Positions 44,595 through 58,411 are shown, numbered from the stretch's first letter. The stretch is 64,000 bases of DNA from Eledone cirrhosa (GCA_964016885.1 OZ024747.1:46748001-46812000); one strand, 5' to 3'. Program-made: numbers and translations. Notes: a model not told the origin generated them from the sequence alone.

Positions 44595-46225
44595 ACCCTG
44601 GTGAGTGTGTATGCTCCAACTATGAATTCTGTCTTTTTACCATGCCTTGAAAGGTGTTTTAAGAAATATCCCTCAGGCAGACAAAGTCATCGTGCTTGGT
44701 GGCTTTAATGCTCTATTTTAACACATGGAATGTAATCGGAAGGCTTGGGGTGGCAAAGTGTAACAACAATGGTATGCTCCTGCTGCAGATGTGTGAGGAG
44801 CTGGATCTGTGTGTTACCAACACCATGTTCCAGCAAAAGAACATATTTAAGACCACATGGATGCATCCTGCATCTAAGGAATGGCATCTTTTGGACTACG
44901 TCCTAGTCAGGATGCGTGACAGACAAGATGTGCAGAGTGTTCGTGCTCTTCGTGGAGCTGAGTGCTGGACGGACCATCGCCTGGTACGCGCAAAAGTGAA
45001 ACAAATCACTAAAGGTAAAATCAGGGCTCCTGCTGTTACTCTGCCCAGAAGATTGAATGCTGCTCGTCTTAGGGATAAAAATGTGTTGAGGACATTGGAA
45101 GAAGAGATGCAGGCTGCAGATCTTGGTGAGGGTTGGCGACCCTTAAAAAGTCGGTTCATGATGTAAGCAGGCGTGTTCTGGGATTGGTGCAGAGAAAACA
45201 TCAAGACTGGTTTAATGAGAATGATGTACATATAGAAGACTTGTTGACTTATAAGAGGCGTGCTCTGTCACGCTACTTGACAGCAAAACCACAGCAGAAG
45301 AATATGTTGCATAAGGAACTCAAGGATGTCAAATCACGTGTTAGGCGGAGTCTTTCTCAGATGAAGGATCAGTGGTGGAGTGAGAAGGCTGATGAGATAC
45401 AAGCTGCATCAGATTTCAATAACACAAAGCTGTTGTACAGTCTCTTGCGTAAAGTTTATGGACAGTCTTCTTCTCTGGTGACACCGCTTCGCAGCAAGTA
45501 TGGCAAGGAACTTCTTCGTGACTCACAAGGAATTCTACGAAGGTGGCGAGAGCACTTTCATGAACTTTTGAATCAGCCGTCTCTCGTCAATGAAGATTTA
45601 CTCAATCTCATTCCAGAAAAACCTGTGAAAGTAGCCGACGCTTGTGGAGGTTGCAGTAGCTATCTGGAAGCTGAACAGTGGAAGGTCTCCAGCTATGGAT
45701 GGCATACATGCAGAGCTCCTACAATATGGTGGTGAGAGACGTCTGCAACATCTTCACTCTTTGTTTGGCAGGATGTGGGCTAGTGAATTCGTACGTGAGG
45801 ACTGGAGAGATGCAGTAATGGTAGTCTTGTACAAGGGAAAGGGTAACAGGAATGATTGTGGAAACTAAAAAGGTATATCATTGTTTTCTGTCGTAGGAAC
45901 GATTTTGTAGGGTGCTTCTGGACCGTCTGCTGACACACATTGCAGATTGTGTTCTTCCTGAAAGTCAATCTGGTTTTCGTGCTGGACGCGGCACTACTGA
46001 TATGATCTTCTCAGCTAGACAGCTCCAGGACAAGTGCATGAAAAAAGGTTTGGATCTGTATCAGGTTTTTGTCGATATGACAAAAGCTTTCGATAATGTT
46101 AACAGGAATGCATTGTGGAAGGTTCTCCAGAAACTTGGTTGCCCTGATAAGTTCCTTGCTTTGTTTAGGTCTTTCCATGATGACATGAAGGCTTGGGTTA
46201 ATGTCAGAGATAACATGTCGGAGCA
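44592..46225 (+). pseudogene. RTE-clade LINE internal fragment (APE endonuclease C-half to RT domains 0-3), frameshifted
   Basis: VSVYAPT, VIVLGGFNA, TTWMHPASKEWHLLDYVLV, CWTDHRLV, RWREHF, PESQSGFRAGRGTTDMIF, FVDMTKAFDNVNR. Confidence 0.93.
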
Positions 46226-46345
46226 TTTTAATAAATATTTGCTCTACGGTTCTTATATATTTGATATATATTTATCCTTATCGAGCCCTCTTCGGATTTT
46301 AGTCTTGAAATTTATTATTATTACTATTATCATTATTATTATTAC
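46226..46345 (+). mobile_element. F2 3' end truncating the RTE
   Basis: Near-identical to 1378-1477. Confidence 0.8.
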
Positions 46346-46357
46346 TATATATATATG

Positions 46358-46512
<155 letters not shown>

Positions 46513-46526
46513 CTATATATATGTAT

Positions 46527-46945
46527 ATAAGCAGAAGGGATATTCAATTTGTTGGTAATTCAACAAATATAAATGTTTATAACTGATTCAGAGCACTCGG
46601 TGGGTTTTCTGGAGTATAATATTCAATGATATTAATTCAATGGAAACTATATTTATAAAACCATATTTATTCTATTATATATGAGTACCAACATTTTGGT
46701 ACGCTATCATCAGATAAAATACGAAGTGTGTTTTATAAATGTTGACATAACCGAGGAGAATATTCCTTAACAGTTCAAGTTTTCCTTGGATAGTGTATAG
46801 AATAAATATGGTTTTATAAATATAGTTTACATTTATTTAATGTCATTGTATATTATACTCCAGAAAACTCGTCGAGTGCTCTGAATCAGTTATAAACATT
46901 TATATTTGTTGAATTACCAACAAATTGAACACCCCCTCTGCTTAT
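46527..46945. mobile_element. F3 inverted pair, both copies with full tail
   Basis: Arms about 46527-46676 and 46797-46945 (diverged); HHR 5' half (TCATCAG) at about 46707-46713 with GAAA deleted. Confidence 0.82.
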
Positions 46946-46962
46946 ATACATATATATATATA

Positions 46963-47017
<55 letters not shown>

Positions 47018-47044
47018 AAATGTATATATACATATATATATATG

Positions 47045-47082
<38 letters not shown>

Positions 47083-47665
47083 TATATACATATATGTATA
47101 TATACATATATGTATATATACATATATGTATATATACATACATATATATATATATACATATATATATATAAATGTATGTATGAATGTATGCATGTATGTG
47201 TTTGTGTATGTATGTCTGTCAATATTTATATTTTGAATTCCCAGGCAAGTGGTGGCACGTTCAAGTGACCCAACCAAATAACTCATCTCCATTTAGAACA
47301 CCTGACTACAAATCTATAATCTACAATTTATTAAGTAAACAGTAAGCATTCATATCGTCGTCGTTTTGAATACTATATGCAATTTACTAGAATCAGCAGA
47401 GGTCTTTTCACAGTAATACCATCTCGCGCTACTCTGTCTGCTTAGTAGCAGACGACACCGATGGTGTGGAGGTTATGTGGGTAGAGATGAGGAGGAAGAA
47501 GCCTGTCTAGATGACTAATAATGTTTGTCAATTCAATGAATGAAAGAGAATGATTGACTACTGACTACTGATGACTACTAGTGCCATTTGGATGTATATG
47601 TAGAACTTTAGCTTAGTCTGTCGTTGTAACAGACGGTAAAACAAGGAGGCAGTACTAAAACACAA

Positions 47666-47813
47666 CTTTCCAGCATAGTTACGTCCCTTTACGATCTGAG
47701 TTCAAATCCCGCCGAGGTTGACTTTGCCTTTCATCCTTACTGGGTCGATAAAATAAAGTACCAGTAATGCACTGGGTTATAGCTGGCCTTGTGCATAAAG
47801 TAGAAACTATTAT
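47666..47813 (+). mobile_element. SINE S1, 5'-truncated
   Basis: CTTTCCAGCATAGTTACG...GTAGAAACTATTATT. Confidence 0.88.
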
Positions 47814-49092
47814 TAACTTAACGTACAACGTATTTGCTTACTCATTTTAAGGATATATCATATGGTATTTCTCTTTGTTGTGGTGAAGTTGGTATCTGTG
47901 ATAGTGGTGGTTTTGGTATGGTTGTGGTTGTAGTGGTAGTGGATGTGATACAAGTGATGTTGGTGCTACTAATACATAGTATATTTATACATACAGAGAT
48001 ATGGTTCTATAGATACATGTTAGAACAGAACAGTATGGTTGAATAATTGAGAAGTTCGCTTCGTATTCACAAGATTCTAAATTTAATCCCATTGCGTTTC
48101 GTATTGGGCAAGTGTCATTTACGTTAATTTTTATAGACCAAAGCTCTATAAGTAAATTTGTGTAGATGGAAGCACCCCAAGATGCGAAACCTTTCACATA
48201 AAATGTTTCTGTTAAAATAAATTCACTCAAAAGCCTTAGGTCGACCGTGGCTATGGTAAATGACACTTTACCAAAACACAACGAAACAGGATCTAACCAG
48301 ATATCTTGAATGAGTGAACGGAAGCTTTAAATAACAGGTCCATTCATATTGACATCTCTTAAACTAGGTATAAATATACAAGGGTTTAGAGTACTCAGTG
48401 CGTGGGATTAGTTATGTATAATCAGTTACAAAAGTGTCATAAGCAGATACTTAAATTCCATTGGTTTTAACGCCAACTCAATCAGTCTGCCATATTGCGA
48501 TGTAATACTTCCGGGGAGACTATTGATTAAGGGTCTGGAATTCTAAAAAAAAACTCAATTAAATAAATAAATTAAGATCTATGAATAAGGTAAATGATTC
48601 TAACAAGAAAAAAGGAGATGTTAACTTGTGTGCAAAGAGATATCAAGCGTTCAATAAAAACATTTAGTCCTTCCTTGACCATCTCATCAGAAAGAACTTT
48701 AATTAGTTGATATTTTTTTAGAATTGTAGGTAATTCTAAAAAAATATCATGCACTGCTACTCCCATGAATAGTGGTCTGCCCGGTTATATAATATATATA
48801 CATATTTATATATATATATATATATGGACAATCCATGTGTCCCTAGACGTTTTTGCGTGTAGGGATATATACTTTATTATTATTCTCCTCTTAGTCGAGA
48901 AAAAATTTGGTCGTTCTGACTGCTGTTAGTTATAGTGGTAGTAGACTGACCTCCCTGCATTTGCTTCTATCTTTACACACGGCACTGGACGGAATTGCTT
49001 CCACGTCATTTATTCTCATCTCGGGAACAATTTTGAATAGCGCCAGTTCGTAATTTGAACTCGGGAATTTTATATTCTCCGAGTGAAAAGAC

Positions 49093-49178
49093 CCTTCTGA
49101 CGAGAGTTTATCTTTGAAATGGAAAGACCGCAAGGACTGTCCATTTATTTTTGAGACTTGAAACCGATTCGGTAAAGG
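49093..49178 (+). ncRNA. Type I hammerhead with extended GCAA-capped stem II
   Basis: CCTT-CTGACGA-GAGTTT..AAATGGA..CC-GCAA-GG..TCCATTT..AGACTT-GAAAC-CG-ATT-CG-GTA^AAGG. Confidence 0.8.
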
Positions 49179-49374
49179 TAACCATAGTAAGTACAGCGAA
49201 TTTTTTAAAATTTATTTTAAAACTTTTTCTTATTAGCTAAACCTTGATTATATATATTCTGGCTCGTTAATTTATTAACCTGCCATTGAACCACATTGGC
49301 ATATGGTTGGACAATACATGTGTCCCTAGACGCTTTTTGCGTGTAGGGATATATACTTTATTATTATTCTCCTC

Positions 49375-49879
49375 GGTGGATTGGCAGTATCGGTGGAGGG
49401 TCGGACGCCATGCTTTCAAGCATAGTTACGTCCCTCTACGATCTGAGTTCAAATCCCGCCGAGGTTGATTTTGCCTTTCATCCTTACGGGGTCGATAAAA
49501 TAAAGTACCAGTAATGCACTGGACGATTGCTGTCCTTGTGCCTAAAGTAGAAACAATTATATTATATTATATTGTAATATATTGTAGTGTAATATAATAT
49601 TATATTATGTTATATTATATTGTAGTATAGTATAATATAATGTATTATTATATTATTTAAAAAAAAAAAAAAAAATAATAATAATAATAATAATAATAAG
49701 GCGGATTGGCAGTATCAGTGGAGGGTCGGACGCCATGCTTTCCAGCATAGTTACGTCCCTTTACGGTCTGAGTTCAAATCCCGCCGAGGTTGACTTTGCC
49801 TTTCATCCTTACGGGGTCGATAAAATAAAGTACAGTAATGCACTGGGTAATTGCTGGCCTTGTGCCTAAAGTAGAAACA
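49375..49879 (+). mobile_element. Two S1 SINEs plus an AT-rich linker within one 15-bp TSD
   Basis: ATTATTATTCTCCTC at 49360-49374 and 49880-49894; SINEs at 49375-49560 and 49700-49879. Confidence 0.88.
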
Positions 49880-50096
49880 ATTATTATTCTCCTCTTAGTC
49901 GAGAAAAAATTTGGTCGTTCTGACTGCTGCTAGTTATAGTGGTAGTAGACTGACCTCCCTGCCTTTGCTTCTGTCTTTACACACGGCACTGGACGGAATT
50001 GCTTCCACATCATCTAATCTCATCTCGGGAACAATTTTGAATAGCGCCAGTTCGTAATTTGAACTCGGGAATGTTATATTCTCCGAGTGAAAAGAT

Positions 50097-50182
50097 CCTT
50101 CTGACGAGAGTTTATCTTTGAAATGGAAAGACCGCAAGGACTGTCCATTTATTTTTGAGACTTGAAACCGATTCGGTAAAGG
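50097..50182 (+). ncRNA. Type I hammerhead, second copy
   Basis: Same sequence as 49093-49178. Confidence 0.8.
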
Positions 50183-50278
50183 TAACGATAGTGAGTACAG
50201 CGAATTTTTTTTTATTTATTTTAAAACTTTTTCTTATTTGCTAAACCTTGATTATATATATATATATAGAGAGAGAGG

Positions 50279-50309
<31 letters not shown>

Positions 50310-50310
50310 G

Positions 50311-50411
50311 TAAAAATAAACACAGGGATGCAAAAATGCAGTTATATTAGGTGCTCGCTTGAGGAAAGTGGAGGAAGTTTCGACGTTTCGGACAGAACTC
50401 CTTCATCATAT
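50311..50411 (-). mobile_element. F11 PLE-type 3' end, truncated inside the HHR core
   Basis: TGATGA-A-GGA-GTTCTG-TCC-GAAAC-GTC; a degenerate relative at about 52140-52275 (+) has CTGATAA-A-GGA-GTAGCG-TCC-TAAAC and CAAGCG..ACCTAATATA. Confidence 0.65.
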
Positions 50412-50544
50412 ATATATATATGCCTTGATTTAGTCATTTCGTACTTAGTACGAACGGCTAAGTTATAGACACAGACGGAAACATAGAAACGGACACATAT
50501 ATAAATATATATATATGTGTATATGTGTGCCTGTTTATATATAA

Positions 50545-50599
<55 letters not shown>

Positions 50600-51405
50600 A
50601 AAGAGAAAATAATAATAAGGATATAATGCTAGAGAGAGTGTTAAATACATAATGGGAGACAGAGAGATGCATACGATCAGTTATCATCGCGACAGAGAGG
50701 GAAGGATGGAAGGAAAAGAGAGACAAATAGACATGAAAAGAAAGAGTAATTATCGGCAGAAATTATAACACCAGCTGCCAGTTAAAAGTTGCTTTAAGCT
50801 GGGGCGCCACACAACACAGAACACGTCTCATAAAAACCTTCATCTATCTGTCGCTTTGTAACTTTGCCAGTCCTTTAGCTTGTTTTTATCTTGTCATTAT
50901 TGTTTTAGAGGCGTTACTGTTTTCTTTATGTTCGTAAATTATGTATGGCTTTTTCTGTCGCTGTTCTTCTTCCGACTCATATACTCATTTTATTTTTATA
51001 TTTGGGGGAATATGCCTCTGTGTGTGCGTGTAATTTTTGTTTGCTCTGTTCACCTCAGAGCTATTACTTTGCACTCTTTTAATTTGGAGATTTGACATAT
51101 TATTTTAAAAAATACATACAAATTATTTCTATTTCTCTCGGTGTTCATATATTTTAAAAACTTGTTTGCTAGTTCACGTGCAGATGTTTGCATGCGTGCA
51201 AGTATATGCTGCCTTTATACACTAATGATCATAGATAAACGAGCAGATATTAGTGCGTCTTTATATCCATTGTTATTTTCTGTAATTTTACTGTAACAAT
51301 TATTTTGTGTCAAATACTAAAAAGTATGTATTTTTTGCTCAGTACACTCTGCCTATATTCCTCCATTTATATGCTGCAAAAAACGTTATATATATATATA
51401 TATAT

Positions 51406-51741
51406 AATGGAAAATTTGAACAGGAACAAAACAGAGAGGCAGTACAACGAATGTTTTTTTAATTTCACGCTCTGAAGAGTGGGGTGGTGGTGGGGAACGA
51501 CGTTTCGGGTATAAGCGCTTCCTCAGGTGAGAAGTGTGTGGGAAGAGAGTTCAAAGGGTGTGTAGGGGAGTGGTGGAGAGACATATAGCGAAGGGGGGGG
51601 GGGTGCAAATGAAATTAAAAATAAAAATAAAAATAAAGCATGATCAAAATAAAATGAAATGAAATAAAAATAAAAGCATGATCAAAATAAACTGAAATTA
51701 AAAAGGGGTAAAACAGGTGGTGGAAGGGTGTGGGGTGTGTA
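51406..51741 (-). mobile_element. F5 PLE-type 3' end with HHR
   Basis: Reverse complement of 61925-62260; CTGAGGA-A-GCGC-TTAT-ACCC-GAAAC-GTC at 51496-51530; flanked by a 116-bp direct duplication. Confidence 0.82.
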
Positions 51742-51873
51742 GTTATTTTCTGTAATTTTACTCTAACAATTATTTTGTGTCAAATACTAAAAAGTATATA
51801 TTTTTTGCTCAGTACACTCTGCCTATATTCCTCCATTTATATGCTGCAAAAAACGTTTTATATATATATATAT

Positions 51874-52061
51874 ATAGGAACCAGTAAGACCCCGACAGCT
51901 GAGCTCAAGCCGTTTCGACGGGGTCTTACTGAATTAGCCGTCGAAACGGCTTGAGCTCAGCTGTCGGGGTCTTACTGGTTCCTATTACCCACTCTACTAC
52001 CTCAAGTATTGAGTACTTTGGTGCGTTATGGTCCACCTGGTTCCTTACCACATTTCCTTCG

Positions 52062-52063
<2 letters not shown>
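51874..52063 (+). mobile_element. F1 fold-back insertion in (TA)n
   Basis: Hairpin 51874-51985 plus 78-nt tail. Confidence 0.9.
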
Positions 52064-52113
<50 letters not shown>

Positions 52114-52365
52114 CAATTCCACCTCGCCCGTCCCCTCAGTCTATCTAATTTCTCATTCTTTCTTCTGATAAAGGAGTAGCGTCCTAAACGCTCTTCCTGC
52201 TATTACAAGCGTTAACCTAATATATTACTTCCATATACTGTACCCATTGTGTTGTTATTTCTGTTTACCTTTTACATACATATATTTAATGCGTTTTTAT
52301 TATGTAGGCATGTAAACACACTAGAAAATACGAATTTCATTGTAAATCAAAAAAATGATGAACAT

Positions 52366-52407
52366 CTTTAATCGATTTTTAGACTTAGTTGGGCCTTCAT
52401 CAGAAGG
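52366..52407 (-). ncRNA. Degenerate hammerhead motif
   Basis: CCTT-CTGATGA-AGGC-CCAACTAA-GTCT-AAAA(G12 lost)-ATCGA-TT^AAAG. Confidence 0.45.
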
Positions 52408-52899
52408 CGTGTATATCATCCAACAACCACAAGGAAACACATATTTGATGGGCTTGCTTGCCCATTCTCTATTTGTAGTATTCTGAAATAGACGTTCTAA
52501 TTTACCAGTAAGTAGCGCTCGTGTTGGCAGTTAATTAAGATATATATAGACAGAAAAACGAAGACATGACTATGTGGTTTAGACGTTAGCTTCGAACCAT
52601 GTGGTTTCGGGTTCAGTCACACAGCGTCACCCCTTGGGAAACTGACTGCTTCTATAGCTTCGTGTTGACCAATCAAATCAACATATTTGTTACAGTGATG
52701 GTACTTACTTGATTCAAAATAACTACAGTGTCATGGATATATGTTGACTAATGAAAAGAGTCAAAGACAAGGCTTACTGCTTCATGACTTCTATGATTTA
52801 CGATCGTTTTGAAAAGTTGAATAAACCATGATATATAGATTTGTTGTCTATTCGATGGCGATCTTGCAACTGCATATTTTTAGTCTGGAAATTAGCAAC

Positions 52900-53620
52900 G
52901 ACACCGCCAGTCAACAAGGATGATGCAGAAACGTCTAAGCACACTTATTATATTAGGTAACGATTGGCATGAGTACCAAATTGTAGATAGCGAGTTTGGC
53001 TTTTACACCTATCTCCCTTTTTTTAAGAAGTTCCAATCCTGAAGCTGAAGTATTACTGTACCAGCTTCTGCAATTATTGTACTTAATTCAGCCTCCTGCC
53101 TTCCATCAGTCGTAAACACAGCCCCAAGATACTTCAACTTCTCCATGTACTTCAGTGGAACTCCATATAGGTAGAGTGCACTATGAGTGATTCATTCCTG
53201 TCGGGCAGCACTCAGCAATAAACACATCAAGTTCATGTCGGGTTAAGTCGTATCCTGTTGTCCACATCTTCCAGCTGACTGATTCTACACTCGCCAGTCT
53301 CGATATCAGTTCGAACCCAGCTTTGCATATCAAACATGTTCATGAAGGTATTGAATAGGAGATGTGAGAGTACGATCATTTGGCAGAGTCCGACTTGCAT
53401 ATTTAATGGTTTCAACTTAGCACCATTTATCCGACTTAGCACCACAAATACGAAGACATTCGTATAGAGATGCCAGAGTATCAAGAGGCTGTCTATCTAT
53501 CTCACACACATGCAGAACTTTAACAATCGGTACCATGGGGTTCGGTCGTATGTCTTTTCGAGGTCTACGAAACAAGAATACGTCTCTTTGCAGAACTCCC
53601 ACGATTCTTCAAAGACCTGT
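52900..53620 (-). pseudogene. RTE-clade (Expander/Rex3-like) RT remnant
   Basis: [66 protein letters not shown]. Confidence 0.78.
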
Positions 53621-53634
53621 ACATACATACATAT

Positions 53635-53717
<83 letters not shown>

Positions 53718-53727
53718 AATACATATA

Positions 53728-53763
<36 letters not shown>

Positions 53764-53957
53764 CATATATATACATATATACATACATACACACACATAT
53801 ATATATACATACATATATTTATATGTATATATATACATGTATACATATATATATATACATACATATATATATACATACATATATACATATATACATATCT
53901 ATATGTACGTTATATATTTAGATATATATATATAAATACATATGTATACATATATAC

Positions 53958-53992
<35 letters not shown>

Positions 53993-54030
53993 CATACATA
54001 TACATACATTTATATATATATATATATATA

Positions 54031-54172
54031 TGATGGCTGCCCCCTCGTTATCGAATATGGCCATTGCACGATATACCATTATTAATAATAATTAATTAAT
54101 TCTATCGTGCAATGCCTGTGCGTGAAGTGACAAAAGACTGTGTACTGAGCCAATCCCACTCTCTGAGCAACA
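54031..54172 (-). mobile_element. Diverged fragment related to the 410-bp RTE-derived element
   Basis: TGGCTGCC..CTCGTTATCGAATATGGCC, GCAATGCCTGTG and AGCCAATCCCACTCTCT blocks shared with 7411-7695. Confidence 0.6.
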
Positions 54173-54231
54173 GTAGTGTATGTATACATACACATATATA
54201 TGTATACATATACATATATACATATATATAT

Positions 54232-54293
<62 letters not shown>

Positions 54294-55079
54294 TATATAC
54301 ATACATACATATATATATATATATATGAATATATATATATATATGCATACATATATATATATATACATATATATATACATACATATATATATACATACAT
54401 ATATATATAGATAAATAACATATATACACACACACACATATATATTTATATATATATGTGTGTGTACACATATATATATTATTTATATATATATATATAT
54501 ACATATACATCCATACATACACATACACATACATATATATATATGTGTGTGTATGTACGTACGTATGTATATATATATGTGTGTGTATGTATGAGAATAT
54601 TTATGTGTGCGCGCGTGTGAAGATACTTGTTTGTAGATTTCATACTCATTATACGAATTTATACATTCGTATATTCTTGTATTGAACATGTTATAAATGT
54701 ACACTTCACCGAAATTGCAATTGTATTGCGTATATTGTGTCTATTATGGACTTGCGGCGAATTAAAATGACAATATTTTCTTTTATATTAATTTTTCTCT
54801 GCGTTTTTTTAGATCATTGCCCTGAAATATTTCGTATCACAGAAGACCTGCTCTTTGTATCACCCCTGCTCCATATTCTGCACAATAAAACCAACTAATT
54901 ATCCAGTATACATTCACTTAGCTATATTAAGTATTGTTCTGCGCCGTAGGTAACAAAACAATCTGTACATTCTTTACAGTTTTCAGGTACCATATTAAGG
55001 AGATATTACAAGTGTGACGTGTCAGCAATTTTCTCACTTCATTAATCTGTATATACATACATAGATACATACACACACG

Positions 55080-55161
<82 letters not shown>

Positions 55162-55191
55162 CACACGCATATATATATATATATATATATA

Positions 55192-55241
55192 TAAACATTC
55201 GTTGTACCGCCTCTCTGTTTTGTTCCTGTTCAAATTTTTCC

Positions 55242-55245
<4 letters not shown>
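55192..55245 (+). mobile_element. F5 extreme 3' end (about 52 bp) in (TA)n
   Basis: AAACATTCGTTGTACCGCCTCTCTGTTTTGTTCCTGTTCAAATTTTTCCATTA matches 62208-62260. Confidence 0.85.
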
Positions 55246-55295
<50 letters not shown>

Positions 55296-55782
55296 TATAT
55301 ATACTTATATATATATATCGAGAGAAAGATAGATAGATATAGATATAGATATACATATATATATGTATATATATGTATATATATATATATATATGTCTGT
55401 GTGTGTGTGCATGTGTGCATTTATGTCGTATGTAGGTTTATGAATGCGCGCGCTTTTAAGTGCCACGCCTTAATTACTCATTTTATCTTATTTTCATCTT
55501 TCGGTCGAATTCTTCAAGGATCAGTCGATGGGCTTCCTAGCTTTAATGACAATATCTAGCCTCCTAGCCACAATTATTTCATGTTCCATTATATCTCCCA
55601 CGCCCGGCATAATAACAATTAAAATCTCAAATAATTTATAAACTAAATAATGTTTACATGATAACCATCTTGTTCACACCAGAACCTAATAGTGAAATGT
55701 ACAAAAAGGACAAATAAAATAAAGCTTGTTCTCTTTTTGCAATGTGAGAGTAAGGAAGAGAGAATAGTAAAGAAGGTACATA

Positions 55783-55857
<75 letters not shown>

Positions 55858-55864
55858 TTATCTA

Positions 55865-56068
<204 letters not shown>

Positions 56069-56394
56069 TTTATATATATACTACTACTACTACTAAAATT
56101 CTGTGATTGTCTTGTCTGCTTGTCTGTAATTTAATACAGCCACAAGGGTGCATAATGGGAAAATATTTTGAAAGGTAGTTGCCCGTGAAATGGGAATACA
56201 AATGGAATAAATCAAGTTTCGCGTAAATCGGAGCACAGGCTCCCGAGATACGGGGGTTTTTTCAGGTACCTTCATAAATAGAGAGAAAGAGATAGTGATT
56301 GTGAGAGAGTAGATTAACAGAGATACGTGGAGAGAGAGCGGGAGAGAGAGAGAGAGAGAGAGAGCTGGTGACGTTGTCGAATGCAATATACACA

Positions 56395-56537
<143 letters not shown>

Positions 56538-56814
56538 GTCTTCCAATATCCTTTTACATTATACACATGTCTGTGTATATTTTAATTATTTAAAAATTAT
56601 TTTTTATGTAAACATGATTTTAAAAAAAATGTTTTTAAGTGAACGTGATCCAAAGGGTTGTCTAGTATATTATATATTCCTCAGTAACATGATGGGTGTT
56701 CCTTCTTTAAGTTGGAGGATATATATATATATATGTGTGTGTGTATGCATATATACATAAATCTGATAGAGCAGAATATCGCACAGCGTTAATAACAAAG
56801 GGAACAGGTAAGTA

Positions 56815-58030
56815 TGATCACTGCACTATCTAAAACACGTCTACCCTGAGATGGCAAATTTACTGAAAAGTCATCAGATTACACTTTCTTTTGAAAAGGT
56901 TTGCTTGAAGGTCAAAGGAGAAATCCAGGTGTTGGGCTTTCAAATAAAACCTCATCTCAATCCTAGACTGTATCCAAGAATTTCCAAGCGGTGTATCTGA
57001 ATGCATCATATCTTTTCAGCACTTGCTAAAAGATCGATTCCTGACAATTGTTAGTGTTTACGCACCGAGAATGTCACATTCCATTGAAAGCATTGAAAAA
57101 TCTATCAGGATATTGGAAACCTGGTGCAAAAACTTCCCAGGGAAGAGAAGCTATTCATCATGGATGACTTTAATGCTAGAGTGGGAGTAGATAATGTAAC
57201 ATAGTGTTTTGGGGAAGCATGTCACTGGAAAATAGATTATCTCTTCTCATATTTTGTAGCGAATACCAGCTAGCTATGTCATTTATTTTCTTCAAGCAAA
57301 ACGAGAAAATAAAAGCACATGAATGCACCCTACGTCTAAGCACTGGCACCTTCCTAACTATATAACAATTCGCAAATCAGCTCTGGGAAGAAGTTAAATA
57401 ACAATAATCCGTTCGGTATTGATGGTATCAGATAAAAAATATTGAAATTTGGTGGAGAAAGTATGATCGAAATGCCTCACTCCCTACTGTATAAGTCTCA
57501 TTTGTACTCTCGGTACTATTGTATTCATCAGAGACATGGGCGTTGTAGGTATGGCATGTTAAATTGTCTCCAGCATGTACTCAAAATAAACTGAAACACA
57601 TTCGAACCAGACACTGAGATTTTTGCTAGGGCAAAAGTTATATCTACTTAAGCTATGTCTATGAAGACTCAGTTAAGATGGACGTCACATGATTCGTATG
57701 GGAAACGGGCGCATCCACAAGAAAATGTTTTACGGCGAACTTAAGCTGGGCAAAATGATAAATAGTAATCCAAGGGGAAGATAGAGAGACTCTCTAAAAG
57801 CGTACTTAAAATGCCTTAAAATATCTTCCAAAATTGTTGAATAATGTGCAGCATATAACCAGGAGAAATTCCATTTCGAATGGAGTTAGAGTATTTGAAA
57901 TGGAGAGGATAAAACACGCAGAACGTAAAAGAAAAGGGCGAAAGAATGAGACCAACATTAAACATTATGAATCTTATACAGCGTTAGTTTTCAAATGTCC
58001 TGTGTGCCCTAGAGTGTGCTTTCAAACGCT
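56815..58030 (+). pseudogene. Highly decayed, internally deleted RTE-clade LINE
   Basis: ITALSKTRLP, YTFF*KG, IMDDFNARVG, *MHPTSKHWHL, LRWTSHMIRM...KKMFYGEL, FKCPVCPRVC. Confidence 0.72.
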
Positions 58031-58335
58031 GACATGAAATTACACCAAAGAGCAAATGATGGTAAAGTCAAAGTTTATTATTCAAACTTCGTTGTAGAGA
58101 ATCAGTTCCATTACAATGCTTGTCAGTAAATTTGTGAATCAGGAGGTGGATTGAAGCAACTTCTCAACATACACAATAAGCAAACCGAAAGTGTGGAAAA
58201 GAACGAAATTACAAATCATTGTATTATTTGTGGATGGGTGTTTCACAGGCTTTCAGGGCTCAAAATGTATTTGAGATCTCATGCCATAAAGTGCAAGAAG
58301 TGGTTAAGCTTTGTATAGAGCAGACAACCTTCATA

Positions 58336-58406
<71 letters not shown>

Positions 58407-58411
<5 letters not shown>

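Larger units (their letters stand above)
48825..50254 (+). mobile_element. F13 retrozyme-like element: 483-bp unit, about 1.9 tandem copies, two HHRs, in (TA)n; second unit interrupted by SINEs
   Basis: Unit starts at 48825 and 49308; the second unit resumes at 49895; HHRs at 49093-49178 and 50097-50182. Confidence 0.8.
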
